A DNA stretch of 64,000 nt, from contig RSEE01000007.1 of the NCBI GenBank assembly GCA_003971905.1, positions 992,001 to 1,056,000 on the forward strand, given 5' to 3'. The notes beneath the pieces were generated by a model. That model saw only the letters and a list, made by a program, of their open reading frames with translations. It did not search any database and had not been told where the DNA came from. The translations under genes and the position numbers were made by a program. Positions 1-12,928 of the stretch are shown one piece after another (positions within the stretch are counted from its first letter, which is position 1; each line of letters opens with the position of its first letter). This DNA comes from Moniliella sp. 'wahieum' (Eukaryota).

Positions 1-1425
1 GTGTACGCTTTGTTTCGAAAGGAGCGGGTAGAAATATTGCCACTCTAAAGGGCTCAAATGCCAAGATGCACATGCGTTCACCGCCAATTCTAGAGTTTCA
101 ACCCTGAATGTGGCGGCGGTTGCTCTTGTGCTTCTTTTTCCGTTCTACTTTTCGACACTCGCATGTCTTTTTGGACATAGCAGGAGGCGTGTTTTGTGGG
201 GAAAATACCCTCCTATAGATGAGGTGATTTCTCGCGTTTCAAGCTGTATGGAAACCGTCTGCTGCAACAGAACTGTTTTGTGGCCCCAACAGACAGAATA
301 TTAGTCTATACTATGTGTGGTGGTTCGACCGGCTATCCTTACCCCTCTGTTGGTCTACTCTCTCTCCTCTTCGCCCCTCTCGACTGTGCAGTTAATGTGG
401 ACGACGATTGGTAGTTCAAGATAATGGTGGAGGCGAGAATTATGTGAATCGCGCCCAGCTCACAAGAATTACACGTCATGATGTACTGCCTCGACTCTGA
501 CTAGTAGGCATTGGACGCTCTTACTAATCGAAAGCCATCTCAGCGGCACATTCCTGGGAAGTTCTGTAACAGTCGGACTAAACGAGAGGAGACCAAGGTC
601 CTGTCAGAGGGGGGGAAAAGGCAAGATCGTTCGTGGGAGGAAACAGAAAGCATCAGGCAAAGAACAGAGGCAAAAGGGAAGGACGAGCAAGAGACCGGAT
701 GCAGAATTGGAAATTGGAGCGTCGGAGCTTAGTCATTCGGTGACAAGTTCCACACCGGTGTGCCTGCGTCATTAACCACAGCGCGCAGGCCAGCCCCATT
801 GAGAAAACTAGTAGCTTATTAGCCCTGCTCTATCACCACTCGCAGGATTTTGGTGCCCTCTTCGGAAAGAGAGCGGCCCGGAGGAGATCTGGGACACTGT
901 CTCCTCCCCTGGTGTTAAGGCGCTGCACTTTCAATTCGTGTCCCCTTTATCCCATGCGACTCGTTCATCACGGATCTCTCAAGTGTTTTTCCTGCAACAC
1001 ATCCCTACATTCCTCTTTGCTTCTTATCCTGACGGTCTGAGTGCAACACTGCCATAGGTCAGCTAGCGGTTCGAGCGCGAGAGGTAATGAGATGACATTG
1101 TGAGAGCTAAGTAGTATATTGGCCTTTTCATACCCCGCAGACTCGTTGGAGCCCACTGGAGCAACTAGAGGGACGGGTTTTGGGACACAAGGGGCACACA
1201 AGTCCAGCCATGTCGCAGAGAAGAATGATGGGTTCTGTATCACTAGATCATGATCGCTGGCCAACATCCGACTGCTAGCCAATGTCTATTCTTCCATTGT
1301 CGTCGTTGCAACGGATCCCGTCGCCCGAACTACTGACAATTCACTGGACACAAGATTAGGTAGTTTACAATCCATTCAAGGGTACTTTTTTTTTCACCAC
1401 AATGCCGTAGCCTTAAAGGGCACGC

Positions 1426-2755
1426 TTAAAGCTGGTACGCCTTCTCGGCCGACACGCCGGCCAGGCCCTTGGCAGCCTGGCCCGTGCCAAAGCGCTTGAG
1501 GCGGATGGCCTGGACAGCAATGAAGCCGGTGGTCTGGTCGGGCTCAAAGCCACCCAACTCGTCCATGGAGGAGAACTTCTCGTCGTACAGCAGCTCGTCT
1601 GACGAACGGCCCTCAATCACCACGTTGCCCTTGTAGAGCTTGACACGCACCGTACCGTTCACCGTCTTCTGCGAGGCGGGAATGCAGGAGCGCACATACT
1701 CGCTCTCGGCGAGAAGAAGAACCCATAGTACAGGATCTCCGACAGCTTGGTCGTGACAATTTGGTCGCGAATGCGGCGCACCTCGCGGTCCAGCGTCAGA
1801 CCCTCAAGGTCAATGTGCGCCGCGCGAAGGATCGTCGCACCGGGCGACTCGTAGCACCCACGCGACTTGACACCAATAAACCGGTTCTCGACAATGTCCA
1901 CACGGCCCACACCGTGCTTACGCGCCAGCGCATTGAGCTTCAGGAAGATCTCCACACCGTCCGTGTAGGTCTTGCCAGTCGCCTTCTCGTGTACAGCAAC
2001 AGGAACACCCTGCTTGAAGTCAATCGAGATGTGTGCTCGGGCGTGTTGGGCGCCTGCTCGGGCGAGGTGGTCAACTTCCACATGTCGTCGGGAGGGGTGG
2101 TGTTGGGGTCCTCAAGGATACCCGCCTCGTACGAGATGTGGAACAGGTTCTCGTCGGTCGACCAGGGCTTGGACTTGGTCTGGGTGACGGGAATGCCCTT
2201 CTTGGCAGCATAGTCAAGCAGTGCCGAGCGACCGACAAAGCGGTTGTAAAACTCGGGGATACGCCAGGGCGCAATGACCTTGATGTCAGGCTGGAGACCG
2301 TAGAAGGCCAGCTCAAAGCGGACCTGGTCGTTGCCCTTGCCAGTGCAGCCGTGCGAGACAAACTGGCAGCCCTTCTGTTGGGCCGTCTCAATCATGCCAC
2401 GGGCAATAACGGGGCGGGCAAGCGGTGCCGAGGAGATAGACGTCCTGGGAGAAAAGCGTTAGACCACCGTACCTGGGTTCCCGCAGGGAGAAAGAAAGGG
2501 CAGAGCATACCTCGTAGATGGCGTTGGCCTGGACAGCAGGGTATGAGGTTCTCAATGAACTCGCGTTCATGTCGGCGAGGACGAAGTCCTTGGCACCGAC
2601 CTTGAGCGCCTTGACGCGGGCCGCCTCAAAGTCCTCCTCCTGGCCGACATCGGCCATGAAGGCACCACCTCGTAGCCCTCGTCGATGAGCCAGGCGAGGA
2701 TGCAGGAGGTGTCGAGGCCGCCAGAGTAGGCGAGGAGAACGCTGCCTTTGGACAT
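1426..2755 (-). CDS. ARG1: Argininosuccinate synthase (intron 2445-2510; several apparent frameshifts)
   Basis: N-terminal [14 protein letters not shown]-binding motif, [58 protein letters not shown] and [10 protein letters not shown], spread over ORFs 2567-2755, 1940-2395, 1659-2081 and 1426-1695; GTATGC donor and CAG acceptor with CTAAC branch site. Confidence 0.97.
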
Positions 2756-2841
2756 GGTGAAGAGAGGGGGCGGTGGGATGGTGGGCTGCGAGAGACGAAT
2801 CGTCCGCTCTCTTTATCTCTTCTGGCCGAACGGACATGCCG

Positions 2842-3102
2842 TGACTCAGGGAAGCAGCAGCCTGATCCCGCCACGGACAAGAAAAAAATTGTCCGTGCGC
2901 GGCGGACACACACTGCCCCCTGCCCCTGCCCACCCCGGTCCTCTCCGCGCCGGCCGTGCAATGTCCGCCCACCCGCGGAATTTGCACCGACCGAGCCGCG
3001 GCAGCTAGCCGGCTGTGGACGGAAGCTCCGCTGGGGTGGATTGGATCTGGAAGAAGTCAGATTTTCGCTTGTCAGATTCGGGGGTGTGGGACATGTGACT
3101 CA
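2842..3102. promoter_or_regulatory. Two TGACTCA (Gcn4/Cpc1 cross-pathway control) sites upstream of ARG1
   Basis: TGACTCA at 2842-2848 and 3096-3102, about 90 and 340 bp upstream of the ARG1 ATG; ARG1 is a known Gcn4 target in yeast. Confidence 0.6.
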
Positions 3103-4917
3103 CGTGCTATCAATGTATCAATGCGACACGCCTTGAGCCTCAGCGTGAGCTCGTCAGCACTGAGTTCTTCCGGCAGGCCTGGAGCCCTGAAGCTGGAAGC
3201 CTTGAGCGTCTTGGAACCGAAGATTGAAGCTTGAAGTTTTCTACAATTGACCGAACTGCTGAATCTGAGGCCCAAGCTGGCGTGCTCCAGTTGTCTTCGT
3301 TCTGCCCTGCACTCGTCCCCGTCGGATTGACAGCAAACCAAGTGCTGCTCGCCGTTGTCCCTGCTCCACTGCGCAGCCTCGCCCTCCGCCCCACTTGGCC
3401 GTGGCGGGGAATTTGGTGCCTGCGTCGCCGCGATCCTACAGCGACCCCAGCCCGATCCTTACGTAACTCATGACGTTGTCCCCTAAGCCCCTGTGCGGGG
3501 CACCGGATCCTTTAGGATGGAGCAGCCCTCGGCCTGGCGCTTCGGATCTCAACGTCCAGTACGCTCATCGATCATCCCCCGCGATGCTGAGGCGCTGAGG
3601 CCAGACGCGGACGCTCAGCTGTCATGACCACCACCGTCTTCCGCCCCCCGCCCGCCTCCTTCTCCTCGCCTCCCGTCCTTCGCCTTCTCGCATCTCTTCA
3701 TGCCCAACGACGACGTTCTGGGCTTCAAAGCCGACAAGTTTGTCCTCCGTATCAACCGACCGGGCGCCAAGTCGGCCGGCAAGACACTACCTCAGGCCAC
3801 GGCGCCGCCTACCACTAGGCCCGTGTTGATGTAACAGCTGCGCTTCGCGATCGTCTGCTGGCCGAAGCGCGCGCCCAAGCCGCCCCTGGCACACCACGAG
3901 TGCCTCTCCTGACCCATTTCGGTTGCTATGGGAGCACGCTGCCGCCTCTTCGTCGCTAGCCAAGGTAGAGGTGGAGCAGCCAGCTTCTACCCAGTTCCTC
4001 GTCTGGCTTGTAATGGGGGCGGTGGGGGTAGGCATGGTAAGCATGGTGCTCTACGGCCTCTTTCTCGCCTTGTTCCGGACGAAGAGGCAATGAATTGGTT
4101 TGTCACCGACGTTGTTCCGCCTTTGTGGTCATCCTTGCCATCTTGGCTGTGCTGGCCATCTTGGGCGCGATGGTGGGGTACTATGTGTGCTATACTTCCC
4201 TTTTTCCCCGTTCGCATTCATGGCCCGGTCATCAACCTTCCCCACATCACTACCTACCCTCACCTTCCTTCCGCCCCGACTCACGGCACATTTGCCACGA
4301 CGGGCGTTGAGCTCCCCGCTTTTTTTGCCCCTTGGCCTGCGGAGCCCGAACCCAGGTACGCGTGGTGTACAATATTAGCTAGCGTCCTGCTCCTGCTTTG
4401 CTCTTCTTTGCTTCCCCGATGTACCCTGCTGGCACTGTCCTGTTTCCGACCTGCTCTATACGACCCCCTACTCCATCCGACCCAACACCCTTTACCTTGT
4501 TCCATACTACTCTGCCGACCGTGTTCTCAGCATACCAACACATGTGTTTCATTCTGAACAATACCTGTGCTATACCGGGCCATAACCAGAGCGCCTGACC
4601 AAATCCATGCTACCCCAGAAGGATCGAGGCACGTCCCGTTCCGTTACCCCCTAGATACACCCAACCAAAAAAAGAGATGAACAAGATGGATAGAGCGGCG
4701 GGTAGACGCAACGCTCGGCAGAAGCGAATTAAGGAAGGACCTAACACCATGGGGCCCAATCGGAGAGGGAGACGATACGACAGCCCAGTGTCGCGTCGAC
4801 GCGGGCGATGCAATGCCATGCACAGCCAAACAAACGAAAGTGGTAAAAGTGAGAAGAGGATGAGCAGAGAAGAGGATGGAGGGAAGCTGTCGCGGAAAAA
4901 CACGAGGAGGGAGATGC

Positions 4918-7112
4918 TTAATCGTCCTTGGCCCCCTTGGCCTGGGGCGGGCCGCCTTGATGAGAGGTACCAAGGAGCGAAGGTCCTTCTTTCCCAGACG
5001 GAGGAACGGGTGCCGACGGAGCGTCCGAGCGTCCGGTCGACGGTCCTGGTCCACAATCAGCGCAGCATGCAGGAAGGCACGGAGCGATGGGCTGAGCTGG
5101 TCCATGGACGCAATATGGGGCGTACCCGTCGTGGCAATCAGATAGAGCGCACGCATCGGGTTCTCTGTCAGGTACGGCGGCTCGCCATCCACCATCTCAA
5201 TCACCAAGATACCCAGGGACCAAATGTCCACCTTGGCTCCGTACGCTTGCCGCGTCACCACCTCGGGCGCCATCCAGTATGGCGTGCCGACCATGGTGGT
5301 TCGCATCCCGGCCCAGCCGCCAACGGGGGTTTGGGCCGAGAAGCCAAAATCACTCAGCTTCACTTCCCCGCCCAGACCGAGCAGGACATTGTCCGATTTG
5401 ATGTCCCGGTGGATCACACCGTTGGTGTGAAGAAACAGGATGCCATCCAACAAGGCGGTGCAGATGCCAGCAATCTGGGGTTCGGACAGGATGTGGGTGG
5501 TGACCACGTCGGTCAGGCTGCCCCCCGGCATGTACTCCATCGCTACCCACAGACTCAACCCCGCCAGCGGGGACCCTTCCTCCTTCTCCTTCTCTTTCTC
5601 CCTCTCCTCTCCTTGCCCTCCTCTGTCCGCTCGCCGGCCATTTGACCTGCGGGCGGAGTGGCAACCATAAACGCATCAATAAAGTTGACAATGTTGGGGT
5701 GATGGCTCGCCCGCGTCCGAGCCAGCACGGCCAACTCGTTGATCAACAATTCCTTTTTGGGCTGCACCGACAACTGCATTGCCTTGAGCGCCACGCGACT
5801 GCGTCCCATTCGACCGTGCGTGTGCAAGTGGTGCGCATGAGAAGGGAGGGCGGATGCGCCCGTGAGGTGGAGGAAGAGCGAGAGCGCGCGCCAACCGAAT
5901 GAGAGGACGAAGGGGAGGTACTTCGAGACAGAGCAGGTTGCCGCACGTGAGCCACATACACGCCCCCCGACACGCCTTGTCCCACCTTGCGCATGGTCTG
6001 GGTATCGTACAATAGGTGCGGATCCGCCTGTTGCACAGCTCGCGCAAGCGTGCCACCACCTCGGCCTCGCCACGGATCCGCCGCGCATTTTGGGCTGCGA
6101 TCGTCGCTGGCAGCATCGTCCGTGGCGTTGTGCCGTCGGCTGGGCGCCCTCGGTGGCGAGGCAGAAGCAGGAGGAACCAAGCCAGCGCGCAACCGCAGGT
6201 CCGCTTTGAGGCCCGACAGGGGATCCCCCCCACCACAGGAACGGTGGGAGAGTCTTGTCGAGCGTGCGCCTGCGCCGTCAAGGGACTGACCAAGGCCGGG
6301 GCTGCAGTAGTGCCGCGGGTCAGTGTCATGGCCCTGGGCCGGCCAGAGGCTCGACCTAGCGACAAGCCTCCGGGAGCTGTGGAGACCGATGCGGTTCTCC
6401 GTGAATGTCCGGGGAGAAAAGAATTCGCGGCAAAGGTGGTGGGTGATGGCGACAGTTGCCGTCCGCTGGGTGCCGACGAGGTGGGCGAGGCAGGAACCGA
6501 GGCGAATTTGGGAGGGAAGGCCAGGGGGGGCTTGGACCGCGTCTCTGTCGTGGGCGGTGGGGGAGCAGGGCGGCTGGCTGCAAAGGGTGCGTTGGTGGGA
6601 GAGGGGTGGCCCGAGGTAGGTGATGCAAGCAGGCCGTGCCGGGAGGAGAGGCCAGCTTGGGACGTGGTCCCTGGCTCGCGTGCGCCGAGCTGGACAAAGT
6701 CCACAATGCCCCGCAGCATGTCCTTGTGCTCACTTGTTCCTCGGTGGAAATACCGGCAGCTTTGAGGATGTCCTGCCACGCCGAAGGCAGCGCCGAATTC
6801 TTACCATTCGAGTAGCCGACGTATTTGATCTTTTCTCCACCCGCCTCATCCTTGGCGCGAGTGAGGCCAACGTGGGCCAGGTGGACGGGGTCGTAGGGCA
6901 TGGAAATGTTGACGCCGCCGCTGCCACTGGCTCGGGACACCACCGAACTGCCGCTCGAACGGCCTTGGCACTGGCTCGCCCATCGTCGGAAGAAGGGGCC
7001 CACCAGTTGACCGCCATGGTCCACAGTCCTGGGGGAGGCTTGGACGCACCGGGCGTTTCTGGCGCATGAGCCAGGCTAGATGGAGAGCTGGCCAGGGGGA
7101 GCGAATCTTCAT
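4918..7112 (-). CDS. PAK/Ste20-Cla4 family Ser/Thr kinase with CRIB domain (frameshifted; ends approximate)
   Basis: CRIB motif [14 protein letters not shown] (ORF 6356-7024); kinase motifs [100 protein letters not shown]. Confidence 0.93.
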
Positions 7113-9590
7113 TGGACGTGTCGGCGAGGGGAGTATCGCTGTCACCAACGGGGGATGGGGGTGCGCCAGGCCCAGGACTACCGGATCAGCAGGGCTGCTG
7201 CAGTCGCGGGTTAGGATGCTGGGTTGCTGGTCGCTGTTGTGGGTGGGGGTCTGGGGGCGGGGGTCGGAGGGGGCAGAGAGCGGGCGGGAGGCGGATGAGG
7301 GGCTGCTGGGGGAGGAGGAGAGCTGAGAGCGAAGGCGGTGGCAAGGGGATGGGTGGGGGAGCGTGACAAGGAGGGAGGCGCGATGGGCCCCCGCACCAGG
7401 GCCGAGGGAGGGGGTGAAGGCGAGAGGGCGTGGGGGGGCTGACGGGGGAGAGAGAGGGGAGAGGGGGGGGGATGGGGGAGAGGGGGGTGTCTGTACTCCA
7501 TCCTCCGCATGGGCTGGACCGCGGAGAGGCGGGTGTGAGGGTGGTGAACGCCATGCGATCGGGGCAGGGAGCCGGGCGGCGGCGGTGGTGGGGGTGGTGG
7601 CGGGGGGGGGGGGAGGGAGGAGAGGGCGATGGGGAGCGCAGGAGGCGCAGATGGCGGTGAGGATGCTCCACCACGACCGGGGGGGCAGGATCGGCGTCCA
7701 CTTTCTCGACGTTGTTTGAGCCCACGAGGAGCCCAAGGAGATGCGTGATGCACACGCAGGATGCGTGATGTACAAGCACATGCAGGATGCGAGATGGCGC
7801 ATCACGCTTTCCGACGCATGAGCCTGCAGGGAGGCGTGACTGGCGGGGGGGCATGTAGGCATGCGGCCCGGCTGGCGCAGGGCCTGTGCATCGGCACAGT
7901 CGCCTACTGCTGCCGCCGGCCGCCGCCGCAGCCCGCGCCCTGGCGTGCGCTCCCACGCCTCGGGGCGGGCGTGTTGATTGAGGATGGGCGCAGCCCTCCA
8001 CACACTGCACGGCTGCCAGACGCCTCCTACGCGCATCGCGCCTGCACGGCGCCAGCCACGGCTGCACGCCCTGCCTACAACACACCCCCACCCGAGCCCA
8101 CGGGGCCACACAGAGGGCCGGGTGGCCAGCATGCCGCCACCCGGCAGCGCCTCGCTCTCCCCGAACCCCCGCCCATCCCCTGCATCGCTTGCATCGTCCC
8201 TGCATCCCCTGCATTCCATGCTTCCCCCAGCCATCTCCCACCACACACCCCGCCGCTCGTTCCAGCCGCGGGCATCGCGTAGACGCATTTCATCTAGCGC
8301 ATCGGGCCACCCGCCCCTGCCCCACCGCCATCAGTGCAGTATATACATCCGTGCCTTCTGTAGATCTTTCTCGCACCCTCGTAGCACCCTCAGCCGCTCT
8401 GGCGCTACGCGCCCACGCGCACTGAAGCCTCCAAAACGTCTCATCTTCCATCTTCCCCGTGCCTTGCACGTTCCACGCTCAACCGCAGCGCCATCCAACC
8501 CCAGCCAGCGTGGCAGTCCACACGTCTTGTTTCGGCTGTATTTATCTCCTCAGTTGTCCCGCCTGCGTCAGCCTCAGCCCTTGGCTCCCCCCCACTGCAT
8601 CGCCCTTCACCCCCCCCAACCCTTGTCAGCCTGACACCTGAGCGCCTGGGCCTGACTCAGCAGCGCAAGCTCGACCCTAGCTCAGCCCCAACCCCAGGGG
8701 CCCCACGACTGTGAGCGCCCGCCTGCCAGAGCGGGCGCAGCATCCCCTCTCTCGCCTCCACGGTCCCCCACTTTCACATCCAACGGGCATAGACTACTAG
8801 ACAACTGCCAAGTCCATACGGCCGAGAAGGTGATTTCATTGAAAAAGGTGGCTTTGGACTTACCACTGCACGCATCGCTCCTCTTCCCTCCTGACGCTCG
8901 GCTTCACCTGGGCCCTGCCCCTGGGCGGACCGTAGCGAGATAGAAAGCGCACAGTTCTGATCTTTCCTTAGGTGTAACGGTGGGTATACTAGCCTTTCTG
9001 GGCCTAAACGGTCCGTCGCTCTCACTTGCTCCTCCTTTTATATATGCTTGTCTACATGTGCCTATGGTGGCTTGGGCGTACCAGGCTGACTGATACCAAG
9101 CTCTGAAACCGCATGAAGATACATCTACTTCAAGTTTCGCTACCCGCTTCGACAGGCGCTGTGGCGTGCGGGACCCCGTCAAGACATACGCTCTCCGTTA
9201 TTCGCCTTTCTTCCTGGCGAACTGGAGCAACACTACTTTCTCCCATATTATTGCGCCGCCATGATTGCACGCGATTCGGCTTATATGGCAGCTTTCCAAT
9301 TGATCTTCCCAACAGGCAAAGGGAGATGATGCAGCCCCCGTGGTACCTTCGCTATCATCTCTATACTGTAACAATATCATTGACAGAGCTTAAGGCTGGG
9401 ACAAAGAAAGGCTGCGCCTTAACCGACCCGCTCATCCAGTGTGTATTGCTTGTTTCATGTTAGCACCAAACCCTTTAGGGAACTAGGGGAATCGCCAGTA
9501 GATCAGGAGCATCTGGTGCTCGCCATTCGCTTCCAAACCGGAGGCAGCACCCGTGGATACCATGGATGTGTTGTAGGCTACCAAGCGGTG

Positions 9591-9960
9591 AACCACATCT
9601 GTTGGGCCACCGGGTGGCTCGAGCTTTGGCCAACGTCCCTTCAGTTTCTCCTCAGAGGGCTATAGGGGATCTGTTGTTTTCTCTCTCCTGTTTTTCTTGT
9701 TCCGCAGTGTCGGCCAGTAATGTGGCCGTGCAACACAACTCCAGGCCATTCGTCCCGGTTGCCACTCAAGTCATCACCTTCTCCTCATCCTTCTGCCCGT
9801 CCGGTTCCCTAGGCCAACACGCAGCTTACTCCTGGTGGTGACTTGCTGTTTGATGTTCCTCTGTAGGCTTTGCTTCCAGAACCACCATCATTGCTATTGC
9901 ATTCACCCTCGAGGACCTTCCGGACTCCGGGTCTCATCAACATCTCCCTTGAGACTCATC
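9591..9960 (-). repeat. Dispersed repeat family, copy A (inverted relative to copies B and C)
   Basis: Reverse complement shares GTTGATGAGACC.GGAGTC, GGTCCTCGAGGGTGA, CTACAGAGGAACATCAA and GACGTTGGCC...CGAGCCA blocks with 19060-19295 and 59341-59607. Confidence 0.8.
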
Positions 9961-10229
9961 ACTTTATATTCATTCCAGCGCCCAAACGTGTTGCTCGCCG
10001 TCTTGGTAGGATACAGTAGTATCATCGCGTCGTCATAGCCAAGAGGAAGAAAGGTTCTCCGCTTGTTCGGGCAGATGTGAGAGGCTGGCATAACTCGGAC
10101 GAAATGTCAAGGAAAACAATGGCGCGAGTGGGAGTCGAGCGCATGCTGGACCGCTCCCGGAACGGGAGGGAGGCGCGGTCATCTTAGACCTTACATCCGG
10201 AGGCCGATGGGTACTGCATAATGGAAGTC

Positions 10230-10260
10230 ATGCATCATGCATCATGCATCATGCATCATG
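10230..10260. repeat. Tandem repeat (ATGCATC) x4.4
   Basis: atgcatcatgcatcatgcatcatgcatcatg read directly. Confidence 0.95.
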
Positions 10261-11298
10261 GGGAACGAGCCAGCTGGCGCAGGGCTGGCGCCCATTGACT
10301 ACATGCCTTGTTGTGTCTGACCTGCCAGACAGCCCGGTGGATACCAGGCGATTGAAAAGTGCATCCCCATTCTGAGATCTGAGATGCGATTGGGTGATTC
10401 ATGCTCGAATGGGTGGCAAATGTTAATGAGAGGTGACACACCGGTGACGCACAGGTGACGCCCCGGCGACGACCGAAGTGTGATGTCGATGACCGTTTGC
10501 GGCCAGGCCACTGGCAGGCCTTTGGGCACGCAACGGGCAACATCGCACCATCCGCATGGCGGAATGGCGGAGTGGGCGCGTGTGATGCGTGTGATGCCGC
10601 CTGTGCTCGAGCGGACGGGCCTAAGGCCTAAGGCCTAAATATTCAATGCGGGATGGAATGGCGATAGCAACAAGAGGATAGGTCGAGGAGGAGGCAGCTT
10701 GATCATCGGAACTAGCGCTCTGCAGGTAATGTGTTGGACGTTGGAGTACCCCGACGGAGTACGACTGAGTGTCAAGTTGAACGTGTTGAACATCGAGTAC
10801 TTGGATACGTGGAGCAGGCGGTGGGGTGTATTGGGTACCAAGGAACTGTGGGAGGTGGAGGAGCGCCTAGGTACCCACCGGCCGGCCCGCTAGTCGGCCT
10901 TTGGCACAAGGCGCGTGTGGCGGCCAGGGCCAGAGGCTAGTGTAGCGCCCCAGTGGTGCGGGGCGCGTGATCGCAGCAAGCACAGGGGCAGCATACGTGG
11001 TTAGCCCCGGCGCAGGGTTCAGACGAGCGCAGGGGCAGTGTAGAGCCTGGAGCACAACCCTAGCCGGCGCTGATCCTGGCAAAAAGCAGGCCCGCGTCCT
11101 GGTCGGAACGGAATCGGGCAGGCGTGCGGGCAGTGTGCGCCCGGACGGAGTGCACGGGCCCGAGCAACAGCGGCAGCCTGCAGCAGCCAGCAGCAGCCTG
11201 CACTGCAGCCGGCCCGGGATTCAGTAACTGAGTACTCCGACTGAGTGCTGGGTACTTCCAATTGCATCATGTCGCCGGACACGAAACACCCCGTTGGG

Positions 11299-11305
11299 TA
11301 TAAAA
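11299..11305 (+). promoter_or_regulatory. TATA box of the quinone reductase gene
   Basis: TATAAAA about 75 bp upstream of ATG 11378, followed by a pyrimidine-rich leader. Confidence 0.6.
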
Positions 11306-11377
11306 CCCCCCCGCCGTCCCAACCCCCCGCCTGCTTCTTCCCCCACCTGTCCTGCACTCGTCCTCCTGTCCTGCACC

Positions 11378-12063
11378 ATGTCTACCAAGATTGCCATTGT
11401 CTACCACTCCTTCTGGGGCCACGTTGCCACCCTCGCCGAGGAGGCTGCGCTCGGCGCCAAGGCTGCTGGCGTTCAGGTCGACGTCTTCACCTTCCCCGAG
11501 ACGCTCTCTGACGAGGTTCTCGGCAAGATGCACGCTGTCAAGGAGCTTGGCACCAAGCACCCCCACATTACCGCTGCCGAGCTGGCCAAGTACGACGGGG
11601 TAAGTTGCCCTTTTCCCTCCCTTCCGCGCCGATCCCGATTGGCTGACATGGTGGTTGCTTTTAGTTCCTCTTTGCCTTTGGCACCCGTTTCGGTCGTGCC
11701 CCGGCCCAGGTCTCGGCCTTCTTTGACACGACTGGTGGCCTCTGGGCCTCGGGTGCGCTCGTTGGCAAGTTTGGTGGTTTCATCACCTGCACTGCTGGCC
11801 AGCACGGTGGCCAGGAGACGACGGCGCTCACCACCATTCCCTTCTTGGCTCACCACGGCATTATTTACGTGCCTATCGGCTACCAGTGGCCCCAGGTGAG
11901 CAACACGGATGTTGTCCAGGGTGGCTCGCCTTGGGGTGCCTCGACGCTGTCCAAGTCGGACGGCTCGCGCCAGGTCAACGAGGAGGAGAAGCAGGTTGCC
12001 AAGAACCAGGGCGAGTACTTTGCCAAGACGGTGGCCACCTTTGTCAAGGGCAAGTCGGCCTAA
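11378..12063 (+). CDS. Flavodoxin-like NAD(P)H:quinone oxidoreductase (WrbA/Pst2/Ycp4, benzoquinone reductase family), 206 aa, intron 11600-11664
   Basis: MSTKIAIVYHSFWGHVATLAE, YDGFLFAFGTRFG, FFDTTGGLWASGALVGKFGG, QHGGQETT, HHGIIYVPIG, GGSPWGA; GTAAGT donor, GCTGAC branch and TAG acceptor give an intact frame. Confidence 0.96.
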
Positions 12064-12928
12064 CTTCGATACACGGTTATGGCCCCAGCGATGCCAGGAA
12101 GGGGCGGCCGCTCGCCATACGACTGAGCCGTTGTCGTTTTTGTAGAAGTGGTCTGACAGCTGGATCTGCTTGCCGGTTTTGTGCAATTCATGTATACAAG
12201 TTCATCCTGTGGGCTTGGCCTCGGACACGTTAGGTAGTCTTCATTCCCGCAGCGCCAAACGTTTGGCTTCGACACGTCGGCAGGATGATCCTTCTAGTTT
12301 ATCCTGGCCGCGCGTGGAGCTGCAGGCACTCTTCCACCCACGGCCGTTGGTCTTGCGCGTAGCTTTGTTGCGAGCGAAGCTTGTAATCTCGGAGCCGAAT
12401 TAACCAAAACAGAACGTTAGGACCCGGCCTCCAGTTCTCTTCCGCAGCGTCAGGGTAGGATGACTGCGCTTCTTCCTATGGACTACTTCAAGTTTGATTA
12501 GGCTGTGGGCATGTATACGAACCAGCCGCGGAGAAGGTTGAGCGATAGGTGACTTTCCAATGAGGGTTGATGATCAATGTCTGTCATGCAGTGAATGATG
12601 CGGGCGTTTTTGCCTGTCGTCACCGCATGCTATCAATGCTACGTTGTGGGCAACGGCCCTCGACATTCTCTCTTGATCACTTCAGCGTTCTTGATGGTAA
12701 GTTGGTCTGTCGATGAGTGTGAATCTTGTGTACTGTGCCGATACCGAGCATCAGGGCCCTGCGGACTACCAAGAGCTACGACGCACACGTCCGTTCGATG
12801 ATCGTGACCCCCGAGGAAGAGGAACGGACTCGCGGCACGCTACTATATATACTCTGTTGGACCGAAGGTTGCTGAGCAGAAACAGGATAAAATACACACA
12901 CTGGTCGCAGCCGACACCAGGCCACCTC

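Noticed and set aside
6846..8634. Long ORFs of 218-480 aa on both strands
   Set aside because: Pro/Gly/Arg-rich products of stop-poor, GC-rich low-complexity DNA with no recognisable domain.
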